Part shown: positions 13,367 through 26,480 of the stretch, piece after piece
Numbering within the stretch: the first letter of the stretch is position 1
How the letters are laid out: every line of letters begins with the position of its first letter
Source: Leucoraja ocellata
Lineage: Eukaryota
Length of the DNA: 64,000 nt
NCBI GenBank assembly: GCA_036785375.1
Contig: JAWMAR010000128.1
Coordinates: 4,774,001 to 4,838,000 of the forward strand
Direction: 5' to 3'
Made by a program: the position numbers and the translations under genes
Notes under the pieces: generated by a model
Told to the model about the DNA's origin: nothing
Databases searched by the model: none
What the model saw: only the letters and a program-made list of their open reading frames with translations

Positions 13367-14274
13367 TCATCTTACTAATGTAGTAATTCGATTCCAAAGA
13401 TACAGTGCAGCATTTTTAATTTCCTTCCTGAATTTACTCTGGGTGACTACATAAATGCAGGTGTTGGTGCAAGAGCTCAGAAGCTGAAGCATGTTTCCAC
13501 TTTCCTGGCGAATGAACCTTGGGTCGTTGAAATTAGAACCGCTGAAATAGGGTTCCTTTGAAATTTCCACGTAGAGGAAATCAACAACGTACGTCATCCA
13601 CAACAGGATGAAACTGCCCGAGATGAGAAAGAGCAAAACGATGGACTTTCTCCGACTGTCCATCTCTGCGTCGCTCTGCTTTTCTCCGTGACTCTGGGAC
13701 ACGAGTTTTTTGCGGCCTCTATTCGCCACGAGAATGTGTCTGACCGTCAGAATATTAAAGATTAAAATCAGGACGAACGGGAGTCCTGGGTTTAAAATGC
13801 GTGCGAACCAATCATACAGTGTCCAGGCGAGGGATATGCTGTAGATTGGTTTTCTGGTGCAAAACCACGGTTGGTTGTCAATGATGTAGAGTGGTTCGTA
13901 GATGAAGTACCAAGGGACGCTTTTCAAACAGCTCAACACACAGATTGTCCCAATGACCGCCGCCGCCGTTCTCTCTGTGCAATATGTACTCCTCAGCTTC
14001 TGGCAACAAATGGCCACGAACCGATCAAAGGTGAATGCGACCGTCAACCAGACCGAACTCTCGATGGCTGCATAAATTGCAACAGTGCTGAGAGTACAAG
14101 CTGGGGTTAAGGACATAAAACTAAATGGGAAATAAATGCCAACAATCCGGTTGAATATAACAGCAGTGATAACGACCAGTAGATCCGTCACCGCCATGGA
14201 CACCAGGTACCGACTGATGCACTTGGAGAGACCGCATCTTCCTCTGAACAGGATGATAATCGCCACCACATTCA
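13367..14274 (-). CDS. GPR139/GPR142-like class A GPCR, gene 1 (subfamily A), coding exon 2
   Basis: Acceptor catcag|TG. Open to stop with TM1-TM7, DLL (TM2), C3.25, TFDRFVAIC, FILLW, NML..NTCIY, SKFR helix 8. Gives 325 aa with exon 1. Confidence 0.93.
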
Positions 14275-14504
14275 CTGATGGAAAATAAATTTAAAATTAA
14301 TAGACGTGTTATCGTATTTATTTTAGTTTAGCCCAGTTGAGTTTAGTCTATTGTCACGTGCACCAAAGTACAGCGAACCCCTTTTTATTGCGTGTAACCA
14401 GTCCACTGAAAGACAATACAAGATTCGGCTCGAAAGACCGAATGGCCTCCTCTTGCACCTATTGTCTATTGTCATGATGAAAATCGAGCCATCCACAGTG
14501 GTTC

Positions 14505-14882
14505 GAAACTTATAGAAACTTACAAAATTATTAAGGGGATGGACAGACTAGATGCAGGAAGATTATTCCCGATGTTGGGGAAGTCTAGAACAAGGGGTCA
14601 CAGTTTAATGATAAGGGGGAAATCTTTTAGGACCGAGATGAGAAAATCATTTTTTTACACAGAGTGGTGAATCTGTGGAATTCTCTGGCCCAGTAGGTAG
14701 TTGAGGCCAGTTCATTGGCTATATTTAAGAGGGTGTTAGATGTGGCCCTTGTGGCTAAAGGGATCAGGGGGTATGGAGAGAAGGCATGGACAGGATACTG
14801 AGTTAGATGATCAGCCATGATCATATTGAATGGCGGTGCTGGCTCGAAGGGCCGAATGGCCTACTCCTGCGCCTATTTTCTA
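14505..14882 (+). mobile_element. CR1 LINE 3' fragment (intronic)
   Basis: High identity to the 3' end of the full-length CR1. Confidence 0.85.
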
Positions 14883-15975
14883 CCGCGAAAATCCATTGAA
14901 TGTTAGTCGGTATCTATTAGCGAACAATTTTCCCTTTGAGGGGACAATGCAATGAAAATCTAGGTCTCTTCCACTATGGCTGTCAATCTGTACTGCGGCC
15001 TTTCCAGTAACGGTACAAGCACAATGTACCAGTTTCCCTTTACCTTGAAGTGTATTGAGCCTTAACGCATAAGGTATAGCAAGGTAGTGGTGCCACAAAT
15101 ACGATACTGATAAGATATTGAACCGCAAGGTACAAAGTCGCCCCAAACTAACCATCAAGTTGCAGAACACAATTAATATTTATCTGTATGCACGCTCAAA
15201 CAATAAACACAATATCGGCGTTAACTTGGATGTGTTAACGATCAGAGAACAGCCTTTACAGTAAATATCCGTAAAGTAAAACGATCAAGAATGTTCTCCA
15301 AGACCCATGAGAAATTGTAGCACCTTCTGAAAACAAATAAGAAGCTCTTGCCCAAGGCCGACTAAAATGAAGACGTTATGCGTGGTTGGTGAGCTCCCTA
15401 GTCTCGTCCGGTAAAGTAAAAATAATATGTGGCAAAGAGAAGTCCGAAAGTAAGGATGACCTCGCACACCATACAGCCACCACTGTTGTCCGATAGGGAT
15501 CTCCTTGTCTGTTGAATCGCTCTGCGACTTTGGACCATTTACATCGTCCACGTAGATCGGGTAAATTGTGACTTGGAGTGATGGCATACAATCTATGATT
15601 ACGAATTTGCAGTTGAATTTGCATCTTCCCAATTAGCAATCCTTGTGAAATGAATAGAAATACATTTCGGGAAAAGGCATCTCAGGTTGCAAGATCGACA
15701 TTAATCATTTTGTTTCATCACTGAGGGTCAGGATTTGTGCAAGCTGGCGTAGTTGATTTCAGCAAGTCCGACAGGAGACCTCTCATCAAAGCCTCACATT
15801 TTATAAGTAGTTACCAAAAGTTTCGTTTCGTGACAAATTCTGAAAATGAACCATTGCAGCTTGCTTACCGAGGTAGAAACACACAGAGAGATATGTGCCA
15901 CGTTGTTAATTGTCAGAAAAACAGCAATTGATTAAACATCGATATATCACTCGCTGATTTAGTACAACGGCTTAC

Positions 15976-16045
15976 CCGGAACGCCGATGGCTGCAAGAAG
16001 TGGGTAATAAATAGCATAAACTGGACCCGTTATTCTGTCGTGCAT
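15976..16045 (-). CDS. GPR139-like gene 1, coding exon 1
   Basis: 70 nt, MHDRITGPVYAIYYPLLAAIGVP + G|gtaagc. The phase-1 donor matches the exon 2 acceptor phase. Confidence 0.9.
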
Positions 16046-16129
16046 TGTTCATGAGATGGGTTGGTTTATCCTGAAGGTATTCCGGAGTACAATTTTGCCA
16101 CAACCGACCTCTCAGTTTTACGCGGCGGG

Positions 16130-16150
16130 AATCCACAGAGATTCAATTAG
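16130..16150 (-). promoter_or_regulatory. Conserved proximal promoter motif of subfamily A receptors
   Basis: CTAATTGAATCTCTGTGGATT starting 105 nt upstream of the ATG. Same motif at 30986 and 39101. Confidence 0.6.
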
Positions 16151-16538
16151 ATGAACGATGATTCAATTTCTTAAACGAATAAATTTGACACACGTTCCCT
16201 GTGCTCATTTTGTTTTCCAGCCATTGGCCATCGAGGCGAAACAACCGCAGTTGGGTGAGATATAGTTGAGTAGAGAATTGAAGCAACACAGTAGAGGTGG
16301 TTACGCGTTTTTGTCCTGTGTCGCAACATTGTAAATCTAATTTGCACAACACGAAATGCACTTACATAATACACGGAGGACTCATTCAACGCACGGTGGA
16401 TTCACAACATAGAAACATGTCCCACACTGCCATCAATGCCATCCACATTTTCCCCTTTCCATTGCGAACGTTAGATCAGTGTAACGCTAATACAATGAAA
16501 GTCTTGTTTTTAGCAGCATAACAGGCACACAGACCCAG

Positions 16539-17126
16539 ATAGAAACATAGAAAATAGGCGCAGGAGTAGGCCATTCGGCCCTTCGAGCCTGCACCGCCAT
16601 TCAATATGATCATGGCTGATCATCCAGCTCAGTATCCTGTACCTGCCTTCTCTCCATACCCCCTGATACCTTTAGCCACAAGGGCCGCATCTAACTCCCT
16701 CTTAAATATAGCCAATGAACTGGCCTCAACTACCTTCTGTGGCAGAGAATTCCAGAGATTCACCACCCTCTGTGTGAAAAATGTTTTTCTCATCTCGGTC
16801 CTAAAAGATTTCCCCTCATCCTTAAACCGTGACCCCTTGTTCTGGACTTCCCCAACATCAGGAACAATCTTCCTGCATCCAGCCTGTCAACCCCTTAAGA
16901 ATGTTGTGAGTTTCTATAAGAACCCCCCTCAATCTTCTAAATTCTAGCGAGTACAAGCCGAGTCTATCCAGTCTTTCTTCATATGAAAGTCCTGACATCG
17001 CACGAATCAGTCTGGTGAACCCTTTCTGTACTCCCTCTATGGCAAGAATGTCTTTCCTCAGATTAGGAGACAAAAATTGCACGCTATACTCCAGGTATGG
17101 TCTCTCCAAGACCCTGTACAACTGCA
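16539..17126 (-). mobile_element. 5'-truncated CR1 LINE
   Basis: ORF2 C-terminal motifs (RPYLEYSVQF, RRLRG) and CATAGAAA tail. Confidence 0.88.
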
Positions 17127-17469
17127 ACATTTTTCGACACATCTCTGTAGAAATATTGCTCACACCCACCATCCAAGGTCTACACAAGATTACAAGATGT
17201 ACTCGCTAAGGCGGTCTCATAAAACAGAAAGTGCAAGATGAGACCTCATAGGCAAATTACAGCATACTCCTTGCATTGCAAACAAGCTCACACAATACAC
17301 GGTCTGCAAGTAGAAAATGAAGGTAACTTATTTTGCACAAGAGCCATTCACCCTGTATTTCACCTAAAGACGTTGCTGTCGTTTACATGTAGGAAACGTA
17401 TTATTCAAAACGGTTGACGACCCGTATGTGCTTGTAGATGTTCGTCCATTGCAAGGGATAAAATAGTTA

Positions 17470-17748
17470 AGAGTCAAGAGTCAGGGTGATTAATGGCAAT
17501 AATGGTGCAAAAACAAAAGTGGATGTAGTTCGGAGCTTATTTAAAGGTTGTAGCGTTTATTAACCCAACGGTTGTAGCAACGAAGCTGCCCATGAACCTT
17601 GACGTTACAGTTTTCAGGCTCTTATCACTTATTTCCGATGGCAGGAGTGACATGAGAGTGTGGCCAGACTGGTGTGGGCTACTGATGATGCTGGTTGCCT
17701 TTTTGAGGCAGCGACTCTTGTACATCCCGTTGATGGTGGTGATGGTGT

Positions 17749-17779
<31 letters not shown>

Positions 17780-17825
17780 GTTATTACCTGTGATGGACAG
17801 AGCTGTCTTCAGCACTCTTACCACC
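17470..17825 (-). mobile_element. Rex/Babar-like non-LTR retrotransposon 3' fragment
   Basis: Translates to Y..RCLKKATSII..PH..GH.L..LLPS....SL...TSRF..SF, typical of the Rex1/Babar ORF C-terminus. Related fragments at about 44560-44990, 46190-46730 and 48850-49900. Confidence 0.6.
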
Positions 17826-18548
17826 AAAGATTATAGAGCAGAGTCCGGCCCCGCTACCAAAGATGTCGCGTTTGGCATAAACAAATGGCGGCCGTGACGT
17901 TCCGCTTAGTACTACACGTCAGTCCATTGGATTTCGGAGGAGTGATCTATCTTGCTCCTCTAGGATCTTTGCTTACCACTCTTTGCAATCTTCTTCGATA
18001 TTAGGCGTTGGAGTTGCTGACCCAAGCCATTTTGTAATGGTTTGCAGTCCATTGAAACGATAAGCATTACAGTTTTTAGACATTTGTACCAGGAAGACTG
18101 ATCAAAAGTGCTGAAATAAACTATCTTTTTGAGGTATACAAAATCATGATGGGAATAGATCGGGTAAATACACAGTCTCTTGCCCAGAGTATGTGAATCG
18201 AGGACCAGAAGGCATAGGTATAAGGTGAAAGGGATAAGAATCTGAGGGGTAGCTTTTTCACACAAAGAGTGGTGGGTGTATGGAAGAAGCTGCCAGAGGA
18301 GGTAGTTGCTGCTGGGACTATTCCAACCTTTAAGAAACTGTTAGAAAGGTACATGGACATGACAGGTTTGGAGGGAGATGGACTAAACGCGCGCAGATGG
18401 GACTAGCATAAAGGGGAGGCCTTCTTAGAATAAAGGGGAGGCCATTTAAGACTGAGGTGAGAAAAAACCTTTTTCACCCAGAGAGTTGTGAATTTATGGA
18501 AATCCCTGCCACAGAGGGCAGTGGAGGCCCAATCACTGGATGGATTTA

Positions 18549-19129
18549 CAGTTTTTGCCCGTTGCTTGAACACGTTTTTCAAAACTTTGCTCATTGTGTC
18601 AAAACTCTACACACAAGCAAATAAGACGCAACACTGGGAAATAAACCATTCACATCCATGTCAAATTGAAACTCTGCTATCGAAACCAAAACTCTGCTAT
18701 GAAAACCTAACAATCCTTTGTCAAAACGTCACTCTGATGACAAAATGATACACACTTGCATCATATGAATACACTTTCAGATCAGCAGCAACACACTAGT
18801 CTACTTTATATAAAACACTGCAGTCTTTAATTTTCACTGTTTTTATTTAGTTCCACAGAAGGCACGTTTTCACAACAACCAAAAAATCAAATACTCAATA
18901 CAGTACATTGCAGTACTGTACTTCACAGTACTGTAAAGTCAGTTAAAGCAAAAATAAAACAAAAATAAAACCAAAAATACACTATACTGTAAACACAGAA
19001 AAACACGGCAATCGTTTGTAGGTGGGCTTATGGATCCTGCCGTCTGAGGTCTGGCCACAGGATCTCATCCACATCGCAAGCAATGTCTTCTCCGCTAGGC
19101 ATCGGGGAAATATCCCTTGAGGTGCCGAA
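18549..19129 (-). mobile_element. IS630/Tc1-superfamily DNA transposon end, truncated by gap
   Basis: Begins TA|CAGTTTTTG. The minus strand encodes ..EDIACDVDEILWPD, recalled as the C-terminus of a fish Tc1-like DDE transposase family. Confidence 0.55.
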
Positions 19130-19329
19130 NNNNNNNNNNNNNNNNNNNNNNNNNNNNNNNNNNNNNNNNNNNNNNNNNNNNNNNNNNNNNNNNNNNNNNN
19201 NNNNNNNNNNNNNNNNNNNNNNNNNNNNNNNNNNNNNNNNNNNNNNNNNNNNNNNNNNNNNNNNNNNNNNNNNNNNNNNNNNNNNNNNNNNNNNNNNNNN
19301 NNNNNNNNNNNNNNNNNNNNNNNNNNNNN

Positions 19330-19876
19330 GTATTTTGTACACGAGCCGATCTATGTAATTGACGGCATTCCGTGGTATTGCAGACTGCGGGAGATCCGCC
19401 ACACTTCGCCTGCATGGATAACATTTGTCTGGTTTGACAGAATTGCGACCCCATGTGTCCCGTTTCTCCTGATTTTGCTGCTCAACGCACTGACGGTCAG
19501 ACAAATTCTGGTGGCCAGCAGAGCCCGTAAAAGACTCCGGGCCGAGAGCAACGTCGAGAATCAGAACGACGCGGAGATGGAGAGCCGAAGGAAATCCATC
19601 ATTTTACTCTTTGCCATCTCCTGGAGTTTCATCCTCATGTGGATGGCGTATGTTGTGCAGTTCCTGTATGTCCGCATCGCAAGCAACTACAAGATACAAA
19701 ATAACGACCCCATATTTATTCTCCGGGAAGCCGGAAACATGCTTCAACTTCTGAGTTCTTGCACCAACACGTTCATCTACACAGCGATCCAGAGCAAATT
19801 TAGAGCAGAGTTCAATAAGTTGGCCAGATATCCGTTCACAATGTTCAGCAAATTAATTTCAAAATCAAGAAACTAA
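19330..19876 (+). CDS. GPR139-like GPCR, gene 2 (subfamily B), 3' part of exon 2 (5' part lies in the gap)
   Basis: Open from the gap edge: YFVHEPIYVIDGIPWYCRL..WFDRIATPCVPF..RRKSIILLF..NMLQLLSSCTNTFIY..SKFR to stop. Confidence 0.88.
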
Positions 19877-20402
19877 AATCTCTTGAAATAATGTATTCAT
19901 TTTTGAAACCAAGATATTCCCTAATAAGCATTGATCAGTCTTGAGATGGCCATCGATGTTTGTGCTTTGTTTAATCAAATCGCCAACAATTACTCTGTAA
20001 ACAGAGGAATAATGCAGTTATTTGAGAATGGTTTAGCCCACTCTTAAAGTTCGTGACGATACCGGATCGGTCTGGCGAATGTCCTCACCGTTCAAATAAC
20101 TTCCATATCATTGCTAAAATATCCTAATTATCATAATAAGTAAAATATCCGAATTACAGGGGTGTGGTGGCATGTGCTAGTTTTTAAAAATCTTATGAGC
20201 TTTCTCAACTAAATCAGAGCGAACAGCCCGCCGTTGGGAGACGGGAAGGGCACTTCACCGCCAAATGCCCAAATTGGAGTAGTGATGAAAATGTAGTGCT
20301 CCTTACAATCTTAGCGCATACAACGCCACTGCTCATTTCGTAACATTTTAGCATCAGTCATGTTCATCCGCGTTTATTACGCAGATGGAACTATTCTAGC
20401 AT

Positions 20403-20915
20403 TAGAACATAGAAAATAGGTGCAGGAGTAGGCCATTCTGCCCTTCGAGCCTGCACCGCCATTCAATATGATCTTGGCTATTCATCCAACTCAGTATCCT
20501 GTACCTGCCTTCTCTCCATACCCCCTGATCCCTTTGGCCACAAGGGCCACATCTAACTCCGTCTTAAATATAGCCGATGAACTGGCCTCAACTACATTCT
20601 GTGGCAGAGAATTCAGAGATTCACCACTCTGTGTAAAAAATGTTTTTCCCAATCTCAGTCCTAAAATATTCCCCTTTATCCTCAAACTGTGACCTCTTGT
20701 TCTGGACTTCCCCCAACATCTGGAACATTCTTCTGCCTCTAGCCTGTCCAACCCCTTAAGAATTTTGTAAGTTTCTATAAGATCCCCCCTCAATCTTCTA
20801 AATTCCAGCAAGTACATGCCGAGTCTATCCAGCCGTTCTTCGTATGAAAGTCCTGACATCCAAGGAATCAGTCTGGTGAACCTTCTCTGTACTCCCTCTA
20901 TGGCAAGAATGTCCT
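20403..20915 (-). mobile_element. 5'-truncated CR1 LINE
   Basis: ORF 20491-21033 is ORF2 C-terminus, and the tail is present. Confidence 0.88.
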
Positions 20916-22276
20916 TCGACGATAGAGAGTTATTGTTGTGGCTAACTTGTCCATCCCTGTAGAATTTTAGCAACATTCCAATTTGTAGATGGTGTGAATT
21001 TAGCAATGCGTCGTCTGCTGCATTGTTGTACATTGAATGCTGAATAAAGAAGTTACCATCCGTTGCTTGGTGGCCAGATATTCTTCTCTTCTGAAGCTAT
21101 AGATTTAGTCTAAGTGAAGCAAGTTTTCGTGGTTTAGGATTCATGACCATTATCCCCAAGCATGGTATCAATAGCGGGGTAAGATGTGGGAATTTCTGGA
21201 AACTCTAAGAATATTGGCCCAGTTCCTAGTATGCTTAACCCAAGAGCCATACATACTGGGGACGTATGATGGCAAAGTGGTCAACATGAATAAGGTAACT
21301 TAAAGGTCATGCTAGAATAGTTGTAAATGAATGGGGATGTGTTTAGTTTGCAAGGTGTCGCTGATAGATGAAAGATAAATGTAGGACACTTGTAAAACAG
21401 GCTGAGGGCAATAGAATTGCTCATAAGATAAGGAGGCATTATATGACACTATTTACAAGTAGGGAGAAGGCTTTTACGGAAAGGGAAAGTCCCAGCTGCC
21501 AAATAATAGAGGCGCCTCCAACAGAGATAAAAAACAAGTATGAAAGACTGCAAAGAAAAGTGGATTATTAGTGAATTACAGTAAAACAAAACGAAACCAA
21601 CATGTACCTGCTGTGACGCGGGCACTACAAATTGTTGCAAGTGTTTTGAAGCAATTAAACACTTTGGGTCCTCTCAGAGTTCTTCCCAATATAGACTATC
21701 AAGGCCGGAATAAACATACCTGTTTAAGCCACTCACCACCACAATATATGGTATTTCTGTGTGTGCTGTCTCAATCCTTGACTTAATTAGGAGGGCGATT
21801 GAGCAGCACGGAATCGCCTGATTCAGACGACAAGGTAAACATGGAAACATAGGAGGTAGGGGGAGTAGCGGGGGGGGGGGGGGGGGGGCAGTACCGGTCG
21901 GCACCCGGTGGTATACTGGGACAGGATTGTTTCTCCAGTGCTTAGGGTGTGAAAAATTGTGCCCGAGGCCGCCGTTCGTTAGCAGCTGTACTTGGGATTG
22001 GGAACGAGTTCAAACTTAAAGAAGCGCAATAGTCTGGGAATTGTTTCTTGTGGGGGCCATGGAAGGATTCTAAAGCGAAAGGAGAATGGCGACGCAGCCG
22101 GCAGAGCCAGAGACTCGGGTTGGATCTTGACCTCGGGTGCTGCTTGTGTGGAGTTTCCATGATCACCCTGTGACCACGTGGTTTCCGCCAAGTGTTCCAG
22201 TTTCCTCCCACATCGTAAAGCCGAGCGGGGTTGTAGGATAAATGGCCTCTGCAAGTTGTCCCTAATGTGAAGGGAG

Positions 22277-23292
22277 TAGACAATAGACAATAAACAATAG
22301 ACAATAGATGCAGGAGTAGGTCATACGGCCCTTCAAGCCAGCACCGCCATTCAATGTGATCATGGCTGATCATCCACAATCAGTACTCGGTTCCAGCCTT
22401 CTCCCCATATCCCCTCACTCCGCTATCTTCAAGAGCGCGATCTAACTCACCTTTGAAAGCTTCCAGAGAACCGGCCTCCGCCACCCTTTGAAACAGAGAA
22501 TTCCACAGACTCACAACACTCTCTGTGAAAAAGTGTTTCCTCATCTTCGTTCTAAATGGCTGACCCCTTATTCTTAAACTGTGGCCCCTGGTCCTGGACT
22601 CCCCAACATCGGAAACATGTTTCCGTCCTCTAGCGTATCCAACCCCTTAATAATCTTGTATGTTTCAATAAGATCTCCTCTCATCCTTCTAAATTCCAGC
22701 GTATACAAGCCCAACCGCTCCATTCACTCAGCATATAACAGTCTCGCCATCCCGGGAATTAACATTGTGAACCTACGCTGCACTCCCTCAATACTCTAGG
22801 TGTGGTCTCACTGAGGCCCCGTACACCTGCAGAAGGGCCTCTTTGCTCCTATCATCAACTCCTCTTATTATGAAGGTCAACATGCCATTCGCTTTCTTCA
22901 CTGCCTACAGTACCTGCATGCTTCCTTTCATAGACTGATGAACAAGCCCCCCCCCCCCCCCCAGATCCCGTTGTACTTCCCCTTTTCCAAACTTGTCAAC
23001 ATTTAGATATTAATCTTCCTTCCTGTTTTGCCTACAAAAGTGGATAACCTCACATTTATCCACATTAAAATGCATCTGCCCTGCATCTGCTCACTCACCC
23101 AACCTGTCCAAGTCACCCTGCATTCTCATAGCATCCTCCTCACAGTTCACATTGCCACCCAGCTTTGTGTCGTCTGCGAATTTGCTAATGTTTCTTGTAA
23201 TCCCTTCTTCTAAACCATTAATATATATTGTAAATAGCTGCGGTCCCAGCACCGAGCCTTGCGGTACCCCACCAGTCACTGCCTGCTATTCT
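22277..23292 (-). mobile_element. Older CR1 LINE copy, 3' part (split by a younger CR1)
   Basis: RT remnants GVPQGSVLGP and KFADDTKL with indels, plus a CAATAGA tail. Sequence resumes at 27624. Confidence 0.85.
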
Positions 23293-23388
23293 AGAAACAT
23301 ATAAACATAGAAATTAGGTGCAGGAGTAGGCCATTCGGCCCTTCGAGCCTGCACCGCCATTCAATATGATCATGGCTGATCATCCAAC

Positions 23389-26300
23389 TCAGTATCCCGT
23401 ACCTGCCTTCTCTCCATACCCCCTGATCCCCTTAGCCACAAGGGCCACATCTAACTCCCTCTTAAATGTAGCCAATGAACTGGCCTCAACTATCCTCCGT
23501 GGCAGAGAGTTCCAGAGATTCACCACTCTCTGCGTGAAAAAAATTCTTCTCATCTCGGTTTTAAAGGATTTCCCCCTTATCCTTAAGCTGTGACCCCTTG
23601 TCCTGGACTTCCCTAACATCGGGAACAATCTTCCTGCATCTAGCATGTCCAACCCCTTAAGAATTTTGTAAGTTCTATAAGATCCCCTCTCAATCTTCTA
23701 AATTCTAGAGAGTATAAACCAAGTCTATCCAGTCTTTCTTCATAAAACAGTCCTGACATCCCAGGAATCAGTCTGGTGAACCGTCTCTGCACTCCCTCTA
23801 TGGCAATAATGTCCTTCCTCAGATTTGGAGACCAAAACTGTACGCAATACTCCAGGTGTGGTCTCACCAAGACCCTGTACAACTACAGTAGAACCTCTCT
23901 GCTCCTATACTCAAATCCTTTTGCAATGAAAGCTAACATACCATTCGCTTTCTTTACTGCCTGCTGCACCTGCATGCCTACCTTCAATGACTGGTGTACC
24001 ATGACACCCAGGTCTCGCTGCATCTCCCCCTTTCCCAATCGGCCACCATTTAGATAATAGTCTGCTTTCCTATTTTTGCCACCAAAATGGATAACCTCAC
24101 ATTTATCCACATTATACTGCATCTGCCAAACATTTGCCCACTCACCCAGCCTATCCAAGTCACCCTGCAGTCTCCTAGCATCCTCCTCACAGCTAACACT
24201 GCCCCCCAGCTTAGTGTCATCCGCAAACTTGGAGATATTGCCTTCAATTCCCTCATTCAGATCATTAATATATATTGTAAATAGCTGGGGTCCCAGTACT
24301 GAGCCTTGGGGTACCCCACTAGTCACTGCCTGCCATTGTGAAAAGGACCCGTTTACTCCTACTCTTTGCTTCCTGTTTGCCAGCCAGTTCTCTATCCACA
24401 TCAATACTGAACCCCCAATGCCTTGTGCTTTAAGTCTGTATACTAATTTCTTATGTGGGACCTTGTCGAAAGCCTTCTGGAAGTCCAGATACACCACATC
24501 CACTGGTTCTCCCCTATCCACGCTACTAGTTACATCCTCGAAAAATTCTATAAGATTCGTCAGACATGATTTACCTTTCGTAAATCCATGCTGACTTTGT
24601 CCAATGATTTCACCACTTTCCAAATGTGCTGCTATCCCATCTTTAATAACTGACTCTAGCAGTTTCCCCACTACCGATGTTAGACTAACTGGTCTGTAAT
24701 TCCCCATTTTCTCTCTCCCTCCCTTCTTAAAAAGTGGGGTTACGTTTGCTACCCGCCAATCTTCAGGAACTACTCCAGAATCTAAAGAGTTTTGAAAGAT
24801 TATTACTAATGCATCCACTATTTCTGGAGCTACTTCCTTAAGTACTCTGGGATGCAGCCTATCTGGCCCTGGGGATTTATCGGCCTTTAATCCATTCAAT
24901 TTACCCAACACCACTTCCCCGCTAACCGGGATTTCACTCAATTCCTCCAACTCCTTTGACCCGCGGTCCCCTGCTATTTCCGGCAAATTATTTATGTCTT
25001 CCTTAGTGAAGACGGAACCTAAGTAGTTATTCAATTGGTCCGCCATATCCTTGTTCCCCATGATCAACTCCCCTGTTTCTGACTGCAAGGGACCTACATT
25101 TGTTTTAACTAATCTCTTTCTTTTCACATATCTATAAAAACTTTTGCAGTCAGTTTTTATGTTCCCTGCCAGTTTTCTTTCATATTCTATTTTTCCTTTC
25201 CTAACTAAGCCCTTTATCCTCCTCTGCTGGTCTTTGAATTTCTCCCAGTCCTCCGGTATGCTGCTTTTTCTGGCTAATTTGTACGCATCATCCTTCGCTT
25301 TGATACTATCCCTGATTTCCCTTGTTATCCATGGATGTACTACCTTCCCTGATTTATTCTTTTGCCAAACTGGGATGAATAATTTTTGTAGTTCATCCAT
25401 GCAGTCTTTAAATGTCTTCCATTGCATATCCACCGTCAACCCTTTTAGAATTAATTGCCAGTCAATCTTGGCCAATTCACGTCTCATACCCTCAAAGTTA
25501 CCTTTCTTTAAGTTCAGAACCATTGTTTCTGAATTAACAATGTCACTCTCCATCCTAATGAAGAACTCAACCATATTATGGTCACTCTTGCCCAAGGGGG
25601 CACGTACAACAAGATTGCTAACTAACCCTTCCTCATTACTCAATACCCAGTCTAAAATAGCCTGCTCTCTCGTTGGTTCCTCTACATGTTGATTTAGATA
25701 ACTATCCCGCATACATTCCAAGAAATCCTCTTCCTCAGCACCCCTGCCAATTTGGTTCATCCAATCTATATGTAGATTGAAGTCACCCATTATAACCGTT
25801 TTGCCTTTGTCGCACGCATTTCTAATTTCCTGTTTGATACCATCTCCAACTTCACTACTACTGTTAGGTGGCCTGTACACAACACCCACCAGCGTTTTCT
25901 GCCCCTTAGTGTTTTGCAGCTCTACCCATACCGATTCCACATCCTCCAAACTAATGTCCTTCCTTTCCATTGCATTAATCCCCTCTCTAATCAGTAACGC
26001 TACCCCACCTCCTTTTCCTTTCTGTCTATCCCTCCTGAATATTGAATATCCCTGGATGTTCAGCTCCCAGCCTTGGTCACCCTGGAGCCATGTCTCCGTG
26101 ATCCCAACTATATCATAGTCATTAATAGCTATCTGCACATTCAACTCATCCACCTTATTACGAATGCTCCTTGCATTGAGACACAAAGCCTTCAGGCTTG
26201 TTTTTACAACACTCTTACCCCTTACACAATTATGTTGAAAAGTGGCCCTTTTTGATTTTTGCCCTGGTTTTGTCTGCCTGCCACTTTTACTTTTCACCTT

Positions 26301-26480
26301 GCTACCTATTTCTTCTACCCTCATTTTACACCCTTCGGTCTCTACGCTCACACATTTAAGAAACCCTTTCCCTTTAACTCCATCCTCCACTGTCCCATTC
26401 AACACCCCACCCCCCTTATTCAGTTTAAAGCCATTCGTGTAGCAGTGGCAAACCTGCCTGCCAGAATGCTGGTCCCACAC
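23389..26480 (-). pseudogene. CR1 ORF2: APE endonuclease plus reverse transcriptase, two lesions near the C-terminus
   Basis: NARS, ITETW, GGGV, YRPP, MGDFN, SDH (endonuclease). KSPGPD, NYRPVSL, LDFQKAFD, GVPQGS, FADD (RT). Premature TAG at 23883-23885 and a 1-nt deletion near 23673. Confidence 0.9.
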
